Below, piece by piece: positions 1 to 10,448 of a DNA stretch of 64,000 nucleotides. The translations under genes and the position numbers were made by a program. Under the pieces are notes generated by a model. The model saw nothing but the letters and a program-made list of their open reading frames with translations. It was not told where the DNA came from and did no database searches. Every line of letters begins with the position of its first letter. Position 1 is the stretch's first letter. The stretch covers positions 64,001 through 128,000 of the forward strand of contig JBHLOC010000004.1 in assembly GCA_048940925.1 (NCBI GenBank). The letters are read 5' to 3'. Source of the DNA: Promethearchaeota archaeon (lineage in GTDB: Archaea > Asgardarchaeota > Lokiarchaeia > Sigyniarchaeales > SOKP01).

Positions 1-164
1 AGCAGAAATAGCAATGTGTTTATAAAATTTATTTCTTTTAGCTGAAAAATTAACCATAAAATAATTTAATCCTAAGTGTTTTAATATTTATCTCCAATAC
101 AAACTTTGTATTAGAAAAATAAAATAAAAAATAGATACTAAATTAATAAGTTATTTTGATTAAA

Positions 165-362
165 TTATTCTTCTTCGGTAGCTTCTTCAATACCTTCTTT
201 AATTCCTTTCTTAATACTGCCCTTCTTGATGGCTTTTTTAGTTCCTTTTCCTGCAGCTTCAGAGCCAGTAACTTTTTCCACTACTTTACCAAAACCTTTT
301 GCTAAACTTTTCTTTAATGACTTTCCAAAACCTTTTTTCTTTTTCTTCTCTTCGTCACCCAT
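165..362 (-). CDS. small Lys/Gly-rich protein with acidic termini
   Basis: 65-aa ORF with ATG, GATGAAG upstream, repeated KGFGK motif, T-rich stretch after stop. Confidence 0.7.
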   Translation of the reverse strand: MGDEEKKKKKGFGKSLKKSLAKGFGKVVEKVTGSEAAGKGTKKAIKKGSIKKGIKEGIEEATEEE

Positions 363-639
363 TATACTTCATCCTATAGTTTGTTTAATTATTTTACTTC
401 TATTTTTTAAATTTTAAATGAATTTTGTAGATTAATTTATATATCATTTTAATAAAATAATGAAAATTTAGGTTTTATAAATATTTTGATGAATTTTTGT
501 TAAATCCTCTAGTACATAATTTTGAAGTTAAATTTTATAGCACTTGATTATTAAATATTTAACAGATAAATAATAATACTTGTAAAGAATGTATCTCATT
601 ATCATATGAATCAATTATAATTTGGAAGAACGTTTAATA

Positions 640-1644
640 ATGGCTAAAGTTTTGTTTATTTCAAAAAATAATGTTCGAGATGCGTGGCTTTCAGCTATAG
701 GGCAAATTTTATATAATGGAGATGATATAAAAACAGAATATGATAACCCTGAAGATCCTCCTTCCAAAGATGCTTCAGTTTTAATTGAAATTAAAGATCC
801 TATGAGCAATCCAATAATGAGAAAGGATAAGGTTATGAAAATTAGATCAAAGTTCGGTAATTCCTATGAAGTATTTGGTTGCATAGCGGATACATACTTG
901 ATTGGTTCCATTCAAAGTGGATATATTGAAGAAATCATGGAGGGAATAAATGATCATTTTTTATATACATCTGCGGTGAGTTTTCCTTATTCTTATCATG
1001 ACAGACTTTTCAATTATACACCATTCTCTCTTGAAGATTCTATTCATAAAAATTATGATTTAGAAATTGTGGATAAGGATTTTGTAAAAATTCATAAGAA
1101 ATTGATAAAGGCTGAGAAAATTAGAAGTACCGTTGATTCTAATGTCTGGAAATTAAAAAATGGAGTAGAATTTGATTTAGATAAGAAAATATCAGAACAA
1201 GTCGGAATTGAAAAAATTCCTATGGCTTTATTTAATTTTCCAAGAATTAATCAAATGGAATATATTAAAAAGAAATTAAAAGAAAAACCTTATTCACGGA
1301 GAGCTCAAGCTATAACTTGGAGACCATTAGTCGATCCTTTTCATGGGGATCCTCCCTGTCTTCAGAGGATCTTTATGCGTATTAAAAATGGACAATTAAT
1401 TATGCAGACAACTTGGAGGAGTCGTGACTTATTCCGTGCATGGGAAGCCAATGTCAATGGAATGATTAGAATTCAAAAGAGTATTGCTGATGAGCTTGAT
1501 GTTGGGATGGGTCACTATTTAGATTTTAGTAATTCATTACATATATACGGGAATACAATTTCAGAAGTCAAAGATATGTTGGATCGCATGAAAACCAAGG
1601 GAGAACATTTCCCTGAAGAAATTGAAGATTTTATAAAGAAATGA
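640..1644 (+). CDS. thyA: thymidylate synthase (archaeal ThyA type, with insertions)
   Basis: SRRAQA, DPPCLQ (catalytic Cys), RSRD...WEAN, SLHIY motifs; ATG at 640 preferred over TTG at 622. Confidence 0.85.
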   Translation: MAKVLFISKNNVRDAWLSAIGQILYNGDDIKTEYDNPEDPPSKDASVLIEIKDPMSNPIMRKDKVMKIRSKFGNSYEVFGCIADTYLIGSIQSGYIEEIMEGINDHFLYTSAVSFPYSYHDRLFNYTPFSLEDSIHKNYDLEIVDKDFVKIHKKLIKAEKIRSTVDSNVWKLKNGVEFDLDKKISEQVGIEKIPMALFNFPRINQMEYIKKKLKEKPYSRRAQAITWRPLVDPFHGDPPCLQRIFMRIKNGQLIMQTTWRSRDLFRAWEANVNGMIRIQKSIADELDVGMGHYLDFSNSLHIYGNTISEVKDMLDRMKTKGEHFPEEIEDFIKK

Positions 1645-1652
1645 GTGCCTTT

Positions 1653-2408
1653 TTAAAAGATTTTTGGAAAAATCTTTATTGTATTTTTATAAATTTGTTC
1701 TTCTAATGCCCTTGATGGTAGATCTTTAAGTTTTGAAACGGTGTTTAAAACCTCTCTTATCATGGCAGGACTACCAATTTTGCCTGAATATTTCACTGGT
1801 CCATCGCTTTCTAGTAAAAGATGTTGCTCATCTACTTTTGCCACAGTTTTTTTCACTGCTGGAGAATAACTAATTGCTGGTGTGATCGAGAAGTAATAAC
1901 CTCTATCAATCCCTAAATCTAAAAATTCTTCTGGTCCTGAATACCAATGGATATTGACATTAGGGATTTCATATGAAGGAAGCAGATCAAACACAAATTT
2001 TTCTGCTCCTTTAGTGTGTAAGTTTACAGGTAATTCTAACTCCTGGGCTAATAAGAGCATTTTTTCAAAAATTTTTTTTTGAATTGGATATAGTTCTTTA
2101 TCTTTCACAAAATGATGATCTAAACCAATTTCCCCTATAGCACAAATTTTTTCCTTATTCATTCTAATTTTTTCAATTACACTATCTATTTGGATTTCTA
2201 TATCCTTATTCATACTTACTTCTTCAGGGTGGATACCCAAAGCAGGATAAATTTCATTATATTGATCTGATATTTCTAATATCCTATCTATACTAATAAC
2301 ACTCATTCCAACTGCTATTATCTTTTCTACTCTTGTATGTTTAGCTTCCTCAATTATTTTATCTAAAGATAAGTAGAGATTAGCATGACAATGAATATCA
2401 ATTAACAT
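1653..2408 (-). CDS. tatD: TatD-family deoxyribonuclease
   Basis: IDIHCH, GIHP, IGEIGLD, LLLESDGP motifs. Confidence 0.93.
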   Translation of the reverse strand: MLIDIHCHANLYLSLDKIIEEAKHTRVEKIIAVGMSVISIDRILEISDQYNEIYPALGIHPEEVSMNKDIEIQIDSVIEKIRMNKEKICAIGEIGLDHHFVKDKELYPIQKKIFEKMLLLAQELELPVNLHTKGAEKFVFDLLPSYEIPNVNIHWYSGPEEFLDLGIDRGYYFSITPAISYSPAVKKTVAKVDEQHLLLESDGPVKYSGKIGSPAMIREVLNTVSKLKDLPSRALEEQIYKNTIKIFPKIF

Positions 2409-2435
2409 AATAATTACCTCTTAAAAAAAGTCAAT

Positions 2436-2774
2436 TTATAACGAATTTATCTGTTCTCTTAAATGAGCAATTTTTTTAACTAAATCAAATTTTCTACGCC
2501 AATTGTAATCGGTAGAATCCAAATGTTCTTGTAGAAACTCTAGTTCTTTTAATAAGTAATTTTTTAAGTCTTCCTTAGTGAAATGTCCTATATGTTTAGG
2601 TAGAGGTTCAACTTTAGCCGCTTTTTTTATTCTTAAATCTGAAATAGCTTTTGCTAGTTGTGCTTGAAAACCTTTCGCCTTATTTGGATCTACATTTTCT
2701 AAGGTATCAATAGAAACCTTTAAACCGTCGATAAACGCTTCTAAATCATCTATTTCAACTCTATCGTTTGGCAT
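2436..2774 (-). CDS. hypothetical helical protein
   Basis: 112-aa ORF with ATG, co-oriented just upstream of tatD. Confidence 0.7.
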   Translation of the reverse strand: MPNDRVEIDDLEAFIDGLKVSIDTLENVDPNKAKGFQAQLAKAISDLRIKKAAKVEPLPKHIGHFTKEDLKNYLLKELEFLQEHLDSTDYNWRRKFDLVKKIAHLREQINSL

Positions 2775-2864
2775 ATATAGACTTTGAAAATCATTGTTTA
2801 TAATTTTATAAATCTTAGAAGCATATTAAATATTTATTATTATATATTAAGGAAGTTATTCATT

Positions 2865-2945
2865 TTATTTTCCAGATTCTTTAATCTTTAATCCTGGAAC
2901 TAATATTGGAACATTTTGTTTATAATCTTCGTATTCTTTACCAAA
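2865..2945 (-). pseudogene. C-terminal remnant of an ICMT/PEMT-family methyltransferase
   Basis: minus strand reads FGKEYEDYKQNVPILVPGLKIKESGK*, the typical FG.EY..YK..VP..+P terminus; preceded by an in-frame stop. Confidence 0.55.
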
Positions 2946-3303
2946 TTAATCTGAAAATTTTGGTAATTTTTAATCCTTTATCCGCATCAAATCTCTCCTG
3001 AAGCTTTTGATGCGCAACGGATAAGAAGTAGAGCGGTATTATCAAAATTCTAGCTCTTAAAAATAGGAAAAAAAGAATTATTCATAAAATTATTTATATA
3101 GATTAAAAATTTAAAATTTGTTGAAATTTAGATTTAATTCCTAAATGCTCATTAATTTTTGGAAAGAAAAGGGAGATTTAATAAACCCCCCAGACATTAG
3201 AATGGTTTAGGATTTGCAATTTTTACTATAATAATTAATCTCATGAATCTAATTCAACCTTATAAAAAAATTAAGGGAATAAAGCTCCTTTTTTGGGAGT
3301 TAT

Positions 3304-4131
3304 TTATTCATGAGAAATTAAAGAATTTTTTAGTTCTTCTGCTAAATTCCCTAATTTATTAGCGGTTGCAGTAATTTCCTCCATAGAAGCGGTTTGTTGT
3401 TCAGAGGATGCACTAATTCCTTCCATAGCACTGGATGTAGCATGAATTTTAGAAATTATTTCTTCAATTTCTCTGCTACTATTTGTGACAGCAGTTCTAG
3501 ATTCTTCTGCTAACTTCCTGACTTCATCAGCTACAACAGCAAATCCTCTTCCTTGTTCGCCTGCTCTACCAGCTTCTATACTAGCATTTAGAGCTAATAA
3601 ATTTGTTTGTTCAGAAATGTTAGTAATAATACTCATTATTCTTTTAATTTCTTTTGAAGATACCACGACAGATTGGCTATCTCTTGACATTTCTTGTGTC
3701 GCTGATGCAATTTCTTCAGCAGAAGCATTTACTTCAGAAGCGCTTGCTGCTAATTCAGTTGCCATATTTGCTACATTAACACTAGCCTCAGATGCAGATT
3801 GTAAAACTCTTTCTAAATTCTCTTTTGAATTTAGAACTCTGTTTTCTACTATTGTCACTAGACCTATAAATCCAATTATGGTAGCCATAAACGCTGCAAA
3901 AGTTTCTCCAAAAGGATCTCCGTCTGCCCATAAACCAAATTTATCTAGAAAATTTCCAATTGTATATAACATTCCCCCAACCATGGCGAGTAATAGAAAA
4001 ATATGAGATAATGTTTTCTTCCTCATGTAAACACCAATAGATAGAATAATCCCTATTAGAAAGAATATCATTCCTATTGTATTCACTGTCCCATCATATA
4101 AATCCGTCGGACTTATTACTTGAAAAATCAT
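3304..4131 (-). CDS. methyl-accepting chemotaxis-like protein (3 TM helices plus short signalling hairpin)
   Basis: [40 protein letters not shown] hairpin-tip motif. Confidence 0.92.
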   Translation of the reverse strand: MIFQVISPTDLYDGTVNTIGMIFFLIGIILSIGVYMRKKTLSHIFLLLAMVGGMLYTIGNFLDKFGLWADGDPFGETFAAFMATIIGFIGLVTIVENRVLNSKENLERVLQSASEASVNVANMATELAASASEVNASAEEIASATQEMSRDSQSVVVSSKEIKRIMSIITNISEQTNLLALNASIEAGRAGEQGRGFAVVADEVRKLAEESRTAVTNSSREIEEIISKIHATSSAMEGISASSEQQTASMEEITATANKLGNLAEELKNSLISHE

Positions 4132-4454
4132 TTTTTTAATCCCTCCTTCTTTCTTATTTTAAAAACGGACTTTGTTGGTACCTTTTTATTTAGTACATAT
4201 CGATAAAATTCTATCACAGAAGCTCCACACATAAATACACCTGCAAGAAGCGCGAATGTGTGTTCCATAAAATTAAATGTATCAGGCATAGTGAAAGCTT
4301 CCATATTTGTTGACAAAAAAGTAATCCAGATTGCTATGAACCCAGGTAACCACTTTAATAAAGATTTGTATTTTAATGCTGGACTGATATACATGAGCAA
4401 ACCCATCGAAATAATTATTAACACCAAAAATTCATTTATTTCAAAACTTGGCAT
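4128..4454 (-). CDS. small 3-TM membrane protein coupled to the MCP gene
   Basis: three hydrophobic segments; ATGA 4-bp overlap with the MCP start; GAGGT upstream. Confidence 0.8.
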   Translation of the reverse strand: MPSFEINEFLVLIIISMGLLMYISPALKYKSLLKWLPGFIAIWITFLSTNMEAFTMPDTFNFMEHTFALLAGVFMCGASVIEFYRYVLNKKVPTKSVFKIRKKEGLKK

Positions 4455-4642
4455 CTCTTAAAATACCTCATTGCTTTTTTTATTATATACCTCATTTTAC
4501 TAATTTTTTATAATTCAATTCAATTTAGATATGAATAAATTTGTGATATTTTTATTCAAATCAAGATTTTTTGTTAAGATTCTTTATATAATAATTTATT
4601 TTTATTCAGAAACTTAAATTTATTATCAAAGATTTTATATTT

Positions 4643-4687
4643 AAACTTTTTTTTTACAACTTTGTTGCGCTGTTGTAAAAAAAGTTT
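4643..4687. promoter_or_regulatory. inverted repeat, candidate operator between divergent genes
   Basis: TTTTTTTACAAC-N11-GTTGTAAAAAAA next to a TTTAAATA-like box on the minus strand. Confidence 0.4.
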
Positions 4688-4874
4688 TAGAATTTCATTA
4701 TTTGTGTACAAAAATTATAAATTTTTTAATAATTATTTCAAAATGTACGAAACTTTTAGTGAAGTAATTAAAATGGAATATAATATAGTGTGTTTAGATA
4801 TTTATAAAAATCATATTTAAAATCATTTAACACTTAATCACCATGTATAATTAATTATTATTTGAGTGATTTGT

Positions 4875-6785
4875 TTGCTAGGAAATTTACATGAAGATTT
4901 TTCTTCTTTGTTAAATAAATATAACAATAAAAGGGTTTCAATAGAGAAAGCTATCAAGAATTATATTAGTCCAGGTGATCGAATATTTATCGATTCTGGA
5001 TGTGCAGAACCAATCGAATTAACTGCAAAGTTAATAGAATTCGGTCGACAACTCCCAGATGTAGAGATATTACATTTTCTAAGCTTAAGTGATCTTGATT
5101 ATTATGAGACTGCTGGTGGGATAGAAGATTTATTTAGACACAATGCTTTTTTTATTGGAAAATCACTTCGTAAATATGTCTTACAAGGGCAAGCTGATTA
5201 CACACCAATGCTTCTATCGGAAATTCCGCAATTATTTAAGCTTGGACGTATACATTTAGATACAGCACTTATTCAAGTTAGTCCTCCAGATAAATATGGT
5301 TTTTGTAGTTATGGTATAAATGTTGATATTGTAAAACCTATATGTGAAGCAGCGGAATATGTCGTTGCAGAAATAAATCCTAAGATGCCACGAACATTAG
5401 GAAATTCTTTTATTCATATGGATGATATTGATGCCTTCATAGTGTCTGATCATGATATAATAGAATTTAATTATAAAAAATCAGGAGAGGTTGAGAAAAA
5501 AATTGCTCAATTTGTAGCATCTCTCATAGAAGATGAATCTACTATCCAAATGGGAATTGGAACTATTCCTAATGCAGTAACTTTAGAACTAGAAAAAAAA
5601 AGAGATTTAGGAGTGCATAGTGAAGTTTTTTCAGATGGGATAGTAGATCTCGTTGAGAAGGGAGTAGTTACATGTAAAAAAAAATCTATTCACAAAGATA
5701 AAATAATTTGTTCATTTGTTATGGGTTCTAGAAGGCTTTATGATTTTGTAGATGATAATCCTATGGTTGAGTTCCATCCCTGCGAATATACAAATGATCC
5801 CTATGTTATCAGTCAAAATAAGAAACAAGTAGCAATTAATGCAGCAATAACAGTCGATCTAACAGGTCAAGTAAACGCTGATTCTCTTGGTCATCAATTT
5901 TATAGTGGTATCGGAGGACAAGTCGATTTCGTGAGAGGTGCTGGAAGAGCTAAAGAAGGAAAACCAATAATGGTTCTTCCTTCTACTGTTATGTTACAGG
6001 ATGGAACTGTAGTTTCGAGGATTGTACCTTTTCTTGAACCCGGTTCAGGAGTAGTGATAACGAGAGGAGATATTCATTATGTGGTTACTGAATGGGGAAT
6101 TGCATATCTATATGGAAAAAGTATAAGAGAAAGAGTACTTGAGATGATTAATATTGCTCACCCTGACTTTCGAGAAGAATTATTAGAACATGCTAAAAAA
6201 TGGAAATATGTCTATACAGACCAAAAGTTACCTATTTCTATTGATGGAAGAATAAGCATCTATCCAGAAAAATATGAGACTTCTATAAGACTTCAAAATA
6301 ATAAAACTTTAAAAATTCGTCCAGTTAAAACGACTGATGAGAGGATGATACAAGAACTCCATTATTCTTTGGATGAGAAAGATAGATATCTAAGATTCTT
6401 TGCACCTATGAAAGATTTTAGACATAAAAAAATACAACCAATGGTAAACATCGATTATTCGACAGATATGATTATCGTAGCTGTATATGGCGAAAAAGAG
6501 GAGGAAAAGATTGTTGCAATGGGTGCTTTCTTTAAAACACCACAACCTTCTATAGCAGAATTAGCCTTCGTAGTTCATAAAGAGTGGAGGGGCTTAGGAA
6601 TTACAAAATTTTTACTGGAATATTTAGTTAAAATAGGAAAAGAACTTAATTATAGAACATTTAAAGGCTCAATTTTACTTGAAAATAAACCAATGCTTCA
6701 TATAATTAATAATTCAGGGTATTCTCTTAAGTTAAAGAAAATCGAGGGAGGCGTAACTGACTTTGCTTTTGATTTATCCTCATAA
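4875..6785 (+). CDS. acetyl-CoA hydrolase/transferase fused to a C-terminal GNAT domain
   Basis: QMGIG, HSEVFSDG, DLTGQ...SGIGGQVDF, VVTEWGIA; C-terminal IRP...YLRFF...AELAFVV..WRGLGI; the GTG at 4866 lies inside the GAGTGA SD so TTG 4875 preferred. Confidence 0.9.
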   Translation: MLGNLHEDFSSLLNKYNNKRVSIEKAIKNYISPGDRIFIDSGCAEPIELTAKLIEFGRQLPDVEILHFLSLSDLDYYETAGGIEDLFRHNAFFIGKSLRKYVLQGQADYTPMLLSEIPQLFKLGRIHLDTALIQVSPPDKYGFCSYGINVDIVKPICEAAEYVVAEINPKMPRTLGNSFIHMDDIDAFIVSDHDIIEFNYKKSGEVEKKIAQFVASLIEDESTIQMGIGTIPNAVTLELEKKRDLGVHSEVFSDGIVDLVEKGVVTCKKKSIHKDKIICSFVMGSRRLYDFVDDNPMVEFHPCEYTNDPYVISQNKKQVAINAAITVDLTGQVNADSLGHQFYSGIGGQVDFVRGAGRAKEGKPIMVLPSTVMLQDGTVVSRIVPFLEPGSGVVITRGDIHYVVTEWGIAYLYGKSIRERVLEMINIAHPDFREELLEHAKKWKYVYTDQKLPISIDGRISIYPEKYETSIRLQNNKTLKIRPVKTTDERMIQELHYSLDEKDRYLRFFAPMKDFRHKKIQPMVNIDYSTDMIIVAVYGEKEEEKIVAMGAFFKTPQPSIAELAFVVHKEWRGLGITKFLLEYLVKIGKELNYRTFKGSILLENKPMLHIINNSGYSLKLKKIEGGVTDFAFDLSS

Positions 6786-6857
6786 TTAAGTTTCAAATGT
6801 TTCTATAATTAAAAATAGATAAATTCATTTTGTTTACAGAGTTAACTTCAATAATTA

Positions 6858-7757
6858 TTGAGAAAAAGTTATTTTAAACTCTTTATTAATGAAGAAATGC
6901 TTATTACTGATTTCCATAATCTTTATAAAACATCTGGATTAGCATCTGAAATAATTCAATCATTTCATAAAATTATATACTCTTATTACAAAAATTTCAA
7001 AAGGGATTTTCCTTTTAGAGAGGATATCACCCCTTATAAAGTTTTGATTTCAGAAATTATGTTACAACAAACTCAAACAACGAGAGTATCAGAAAAGTTT
7101 TTAGAATTTATAGAACAATTCCCTGATTTTTTAGCCCTCTCAAAAGCCCCACTAGATAAGGTTCTTAAGGTATGGAAAGGATTAGGATATAATCGTAGAG
7201 CAGTTGCATTAAAAAAAATAGCTAATATAATAATAACCGATTATCATGGTGAGGTGCCTGATTCTATAGAAATTCTAAAATCATTTCCTCAAATAGGGCA
7301 TAATACAGCATCCTCAATTGTAACTTTTGCCTTTAACAAACCCACAATCTTTATTGAAACCAATATCAGAAATGTATACCTCTACTTCTTTTTTCCTAAT
7401 AAAACCCATGTTCAAGATAAAGAAATTTTACCTATTGTTGAAAGAACTATTGATAAGAAAAGCCCTCGAGAATGGTATTATGCTCTCATGGATTATGGAG
7501 TAATGCTTAAAAAAACTCATCCTGAATTGAATAGAAAGAGCGCTCATTATCGAGTGCAAACTCCTTTTAAAGGATCAAATAGGGAACTTAGAGGTAAAAT
7601 ATTAAAATCTTTAATAAAGACTAATACTCTTCATAAGTCAGATTTTGAGAAAAAATTCATAAAATTTGATCAAAAAAACGTTAAAATAGTGCTTAATCAA
7701 TTAGAAAAAGAAGGTTTTATCAAGAAAGAAAAAAATAAAATTACTCTTGTTAAATGA
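6858..7757 (+). CDS. mutY: A/G-specific adenine glycosylase-like HhH-GPD protein lacking the Fe-S motif
   Basis: PYKVLISEIMLQQTQ, WKGLGYNRRA, ALMDYG; start uncertain (TTG 6858 or ATG 6897). Confidence 0.82.
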   Translation: MRKSYFKLFINEEMLITDFHNLYKTSGLASEIIQSFHKIIYSYYKNFKRDFPFREDITPYKVLISEIMLQQTQTTRVSEKFLEFIEQFPDFLALSKAPLDKVLKVWKGLGYNRRAVALKKIANIIITDYHGEVPDSIEILKSFPQIGHNTASSIVTFAFNKPTIFIETNIRNVYLYFFFPNKTHVQDKEILPIVERTIDKKSPREWYYALMDYGVMLKKTHPELNRKSAHYRVQTPFKGSNRELRGKILKSLIKTNTLHKSDFEKKFIKFDQKNVKIVLNQLEKEGFIKKEKNKITLVK

Positions 7758-7769
7758 ATTTTAGAATAA

Positions 7770-9053
7770 TTACGAGTGATTCTTTAAATAGTGAGCAATT
7801 TTAATGGCCATTCTTTCTTGTTTTTTCCAATCCCCAAACGCATTTCCTTTTGATATTAAATTTTTCATTGCTTTTTTATATGCGTCATTTAAAATTTTAA
7901 CAGGTTGTTTTGCAAAGGGGGTTTGTGGTAAGGGGATAAATGAATGAGCATGAATTCTTGCTCCCAATTCTGATAAATCTTTCATCATTTTAATTGTCAG
8001 TTCAATATCCTCTTCACTTTCACCAGGTAAGCCAAAAATAAAATCTACATTAACTTTAAGGTTTGAGTTTAGTATCAATTTAACCGCCTTATACACATCT
8101 TCTAAAGTATGATCTCTATGGCACAAATCCAATATCTTTTGACTACCAGATTGAGCACCTATTGTAATATTATCGTTATCAGCATATTTTAGAATTAAAT
8201 CTAAAGAATCTCGATTTACATGCTCAGGTCTTACTTCTGATGGAAAAGTACCAAAAAAAATTTTAGCTTTCAGACCAATCGTTTCTCTAATTTTAAATAA
8301 TAAATCCTCAAGCGTAGCTAAATTGACTTTTTTTCCATCTTTAGAACCATAAGCAAAAGCATTTGGAGTTACAAATCTAATATCTGTAAGATCACCATAA
8401 TAATTATACAAAATCTTTACATATTTTAAGATAGATTCTACACTTCTATGTCTTGGCATTGGTCCGGATATATAAGGTGTCTGACAAAAGTAACATACAT
8501 ATGGGCAACCTCTTGTTATTTCGATCGCTCCAAATCTAGTGTTTTTTATTGGAAAAGGAGGATATTCATCTAAGTTAATTGTGGTTCTTTTTCCTGTATA
8601 AATGTAATCATTTTCTTCGTTCAAATAAGCTATTCCTTTAATATTACCAAATTTAATATTAAGAAATAGATTCTTTACAAGATCTTTAATTGTTTCTTCT
8701 CCCTCGCCAACAACTACTACATCAAATCCCATTTTAAGAGTTCTTAATGGATCTCCAGTAGGATGAGGACCTCCAGCAACAAAAAAACATTTATCTCCAT
8801 ATTTAGATCTAAGTTCCCCTATTAAATCGTAAATATCAAATAGTTGGGTCGTAAAAAAAGATATCCCAACCAATACAATATCATGATCATCAATAATTTT
8901 TTTAAGATTTTGTATAAGATCATTTCTTTTTAGGATAAAATAGAATTCTATATCTTCAAAATATTCTCCATTCTCAAGAGCTGCAACTATCGCGTTCAAG
9001 CTATAAATATTTTCTTTTTTATAGTAAATGACAAAACCAATTTTCTTCTGCAT
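7770..9053 (-). CDS. B12-binding-domain radical SAM protein (TIGR04013-like)
   Basis: VAGGPHPTG, VVVGEGE, RGCPYVCYFCQT, FPSEVRPE, HSFIPLPQTP. Confidence 0.88.
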   Translation of the reverse strand: MQKKIGFVIYYKKENIYSLNAIVAALENGEYFEDIEFYFILKRNDLIQNLKKIIDDHDIVLVGISFFTTQLFDIYDLIGELRSKYGDKCFFVAGGPHPTGDPLRTLKMGFDVVVVGEGEETIKDLVKNLFLNIKFGNIKGIAYLNEENDYIYTGKRTTINLDEYPPFPIKNTRFGAIEITRGCPYVCYFCQTPYISGPMPRHRSVESILKYVKILYNYYGDLTDIRFVTPNAFAYGSKDGKKVNLATLEDLLFKIRETIGLKAKIFFGTFPSEVRPEHVNRDSLDLILKYADNDNITIGAQSGSQKILDLCHRDHTLEDVYKAVKLILNSNLKVNVDFIFGLPGESEEDIELTIKMMKDLSELGARIHAHSFIPLPQTPFAKQPVKILNDAYKKAMKNLISKGNAFGDWKKQERMAIKIAHYLKNHS

Positions 9054-9177
9054 AGCCTGACAAAAAATATAAGATTGTATTATTATCCAGATTATATATA
9101 ATTACATTACTTTCAAAAATTTGCTTATAATAATAAATAATATTAACAAGAACAAAATATCATAAAAGGAGATAGAT

Positions 9178-9642
9178 ATGTTGTTGAATGAATTAATCGC
9201 TACTGAAATTGATGAAGTGGGAATATCTTGGTTTGATTTTTATTCTATAGGACATATCTGTCTTGGTGTGGGTCTATTCTTGTTTTTCTCATTGTTTTAC
9301 ACTATTCCAAAGAAGAAAGGAGCTATACCTATTTTTTCATTGTTATTTGTTTTTATCCTTACATTAACATTCTCAATAATTTGGGAGATTCTTGAAAATA
9401 TATTATTTCTCAACTTAGGTTGGAAGTTTGAAGATCGAGCGGATAGTTGGCGAAATATTACCACTGATATATTATTATACGCTATTGGTGGATTGGGTAC
9501 GTGGTTTTTTGCATATTTAACTTTCGAAAAAGAGAAAAGTGCCTTTGCCTATTATACTTTTGGATTCATCGGATTTGGGCTATGGCTTGGCATATTTATT
9601 ATAGTTCGTTATTTTACTTTCCATAATTCTCCAGTTATTTAA
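9178..9642 (+). CDS. membrane protein with D.YS.GH / WE..EN / DS..N...D motifs
   Basis: four hydrophobic helices; GGAGA SD. Confidence 0.75.
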   Translation: MLLNELIATEIDEVGISWFDFYSIGHICLGVGLFLFFSLFYTIPKKKGAIPIFSLLFVFILTLTFSIIWEILENILFLNLGWKFEDRADSWRNITTDILLYAIGGLGTWFFAYLTFEKEKSAFAYYTFGFIGFGLWLGIFIIVRYFTFHNSPVI

Positions 9643-9685
9643 CATTTTTTCATTACAAAAGCATAACCAATCAAATTGTAACATA

Positions 9686-10435
9686 ATGACTAAGTTAAAA
9701 GAATATATAGAGTTTAACCAAGGTAAACTCCCCTTAATTATATCTGTACCACATGGTGGAACTTTAATAGTTGATTCGATCCCTAAGAGATCTGACGGAG
9801 TCTTAGGAATAGATAAAGGAACAATTGAATTTGCGCTAGATTTAATTAATAAAATTGAAAATTTGAAATGTAAAACCTCCTCTTATATTATTTCAAATGT
9901 ACATCGAAGCAAAATCGATTTAAATAGAAGTGAAAACCAAGCATACAACCATAAATCTTTACTCGCTAGAGAAATCTATACATTTTACCATAATAAAATA
10001 AGAGATCTAATTTTGAATAATATAAGAATTCATACTTACTCCTTATTAATTGATATTCATGGATTTGAATCAGATAACCGTCCACCAGGATTTAGGGATG
10101 TTGATATAATTTTAGGTACAAATAATCTCGCATCATTTTTCTCTCATCCTATCCCTCTGAAAGATTGGGACAAAAATCTTCGAGGAGATATCGTAAAAAA
10201 GTTTATAAAATTAAATATACCGATTGCGCCAGGGCACCCAAGAAGAAAGGAATATGTCTTATCTGGAGGTTTTACAACAAAGCAATATGGTGCATCTCAA
10301 ATAAACAATTCTCAATCAATGCAAATAGAACTCTCAGACAGAATTCGAGTGATTAATAAAGAATTGAGAACTTTAGTATTGGATAATCTAGCTAAAGCTC
10401 TAATTGATTATATTGTGCAAAATGGAGATATTTAG
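9686..10435 (+). CDS. N-formylglutamate amidohydrolase-family protein
   Basis: ISVPHGG, IDLNR, LLIDIHG, GGFTT..YG, MQIE. Confidence 0.8.
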   Translation: MTKLKEYIEFNQGKLPLIISVPHGGTLIVDSIPKRSDGVLGIDKGTIEFALDLINKIENLKCKTSSYIISNVHRSKIDLNRSENQAYNHKSLLAREIYTFYHNKIRDLILNNIRIHTYSLLIDIHGFESDNRPPGFRDVDIILGTNNLASFFSHPIPLKDWDKNLRGDIVKKFIKLNIPIAPGHPRRKEYVLSGGFTTKQYGASQINNSQSMQIELSDRIRVINKELRTLVLDNLAKALIDYIVQNGDI

Positions 10436-10448
10436 AAAATTTGTATTT

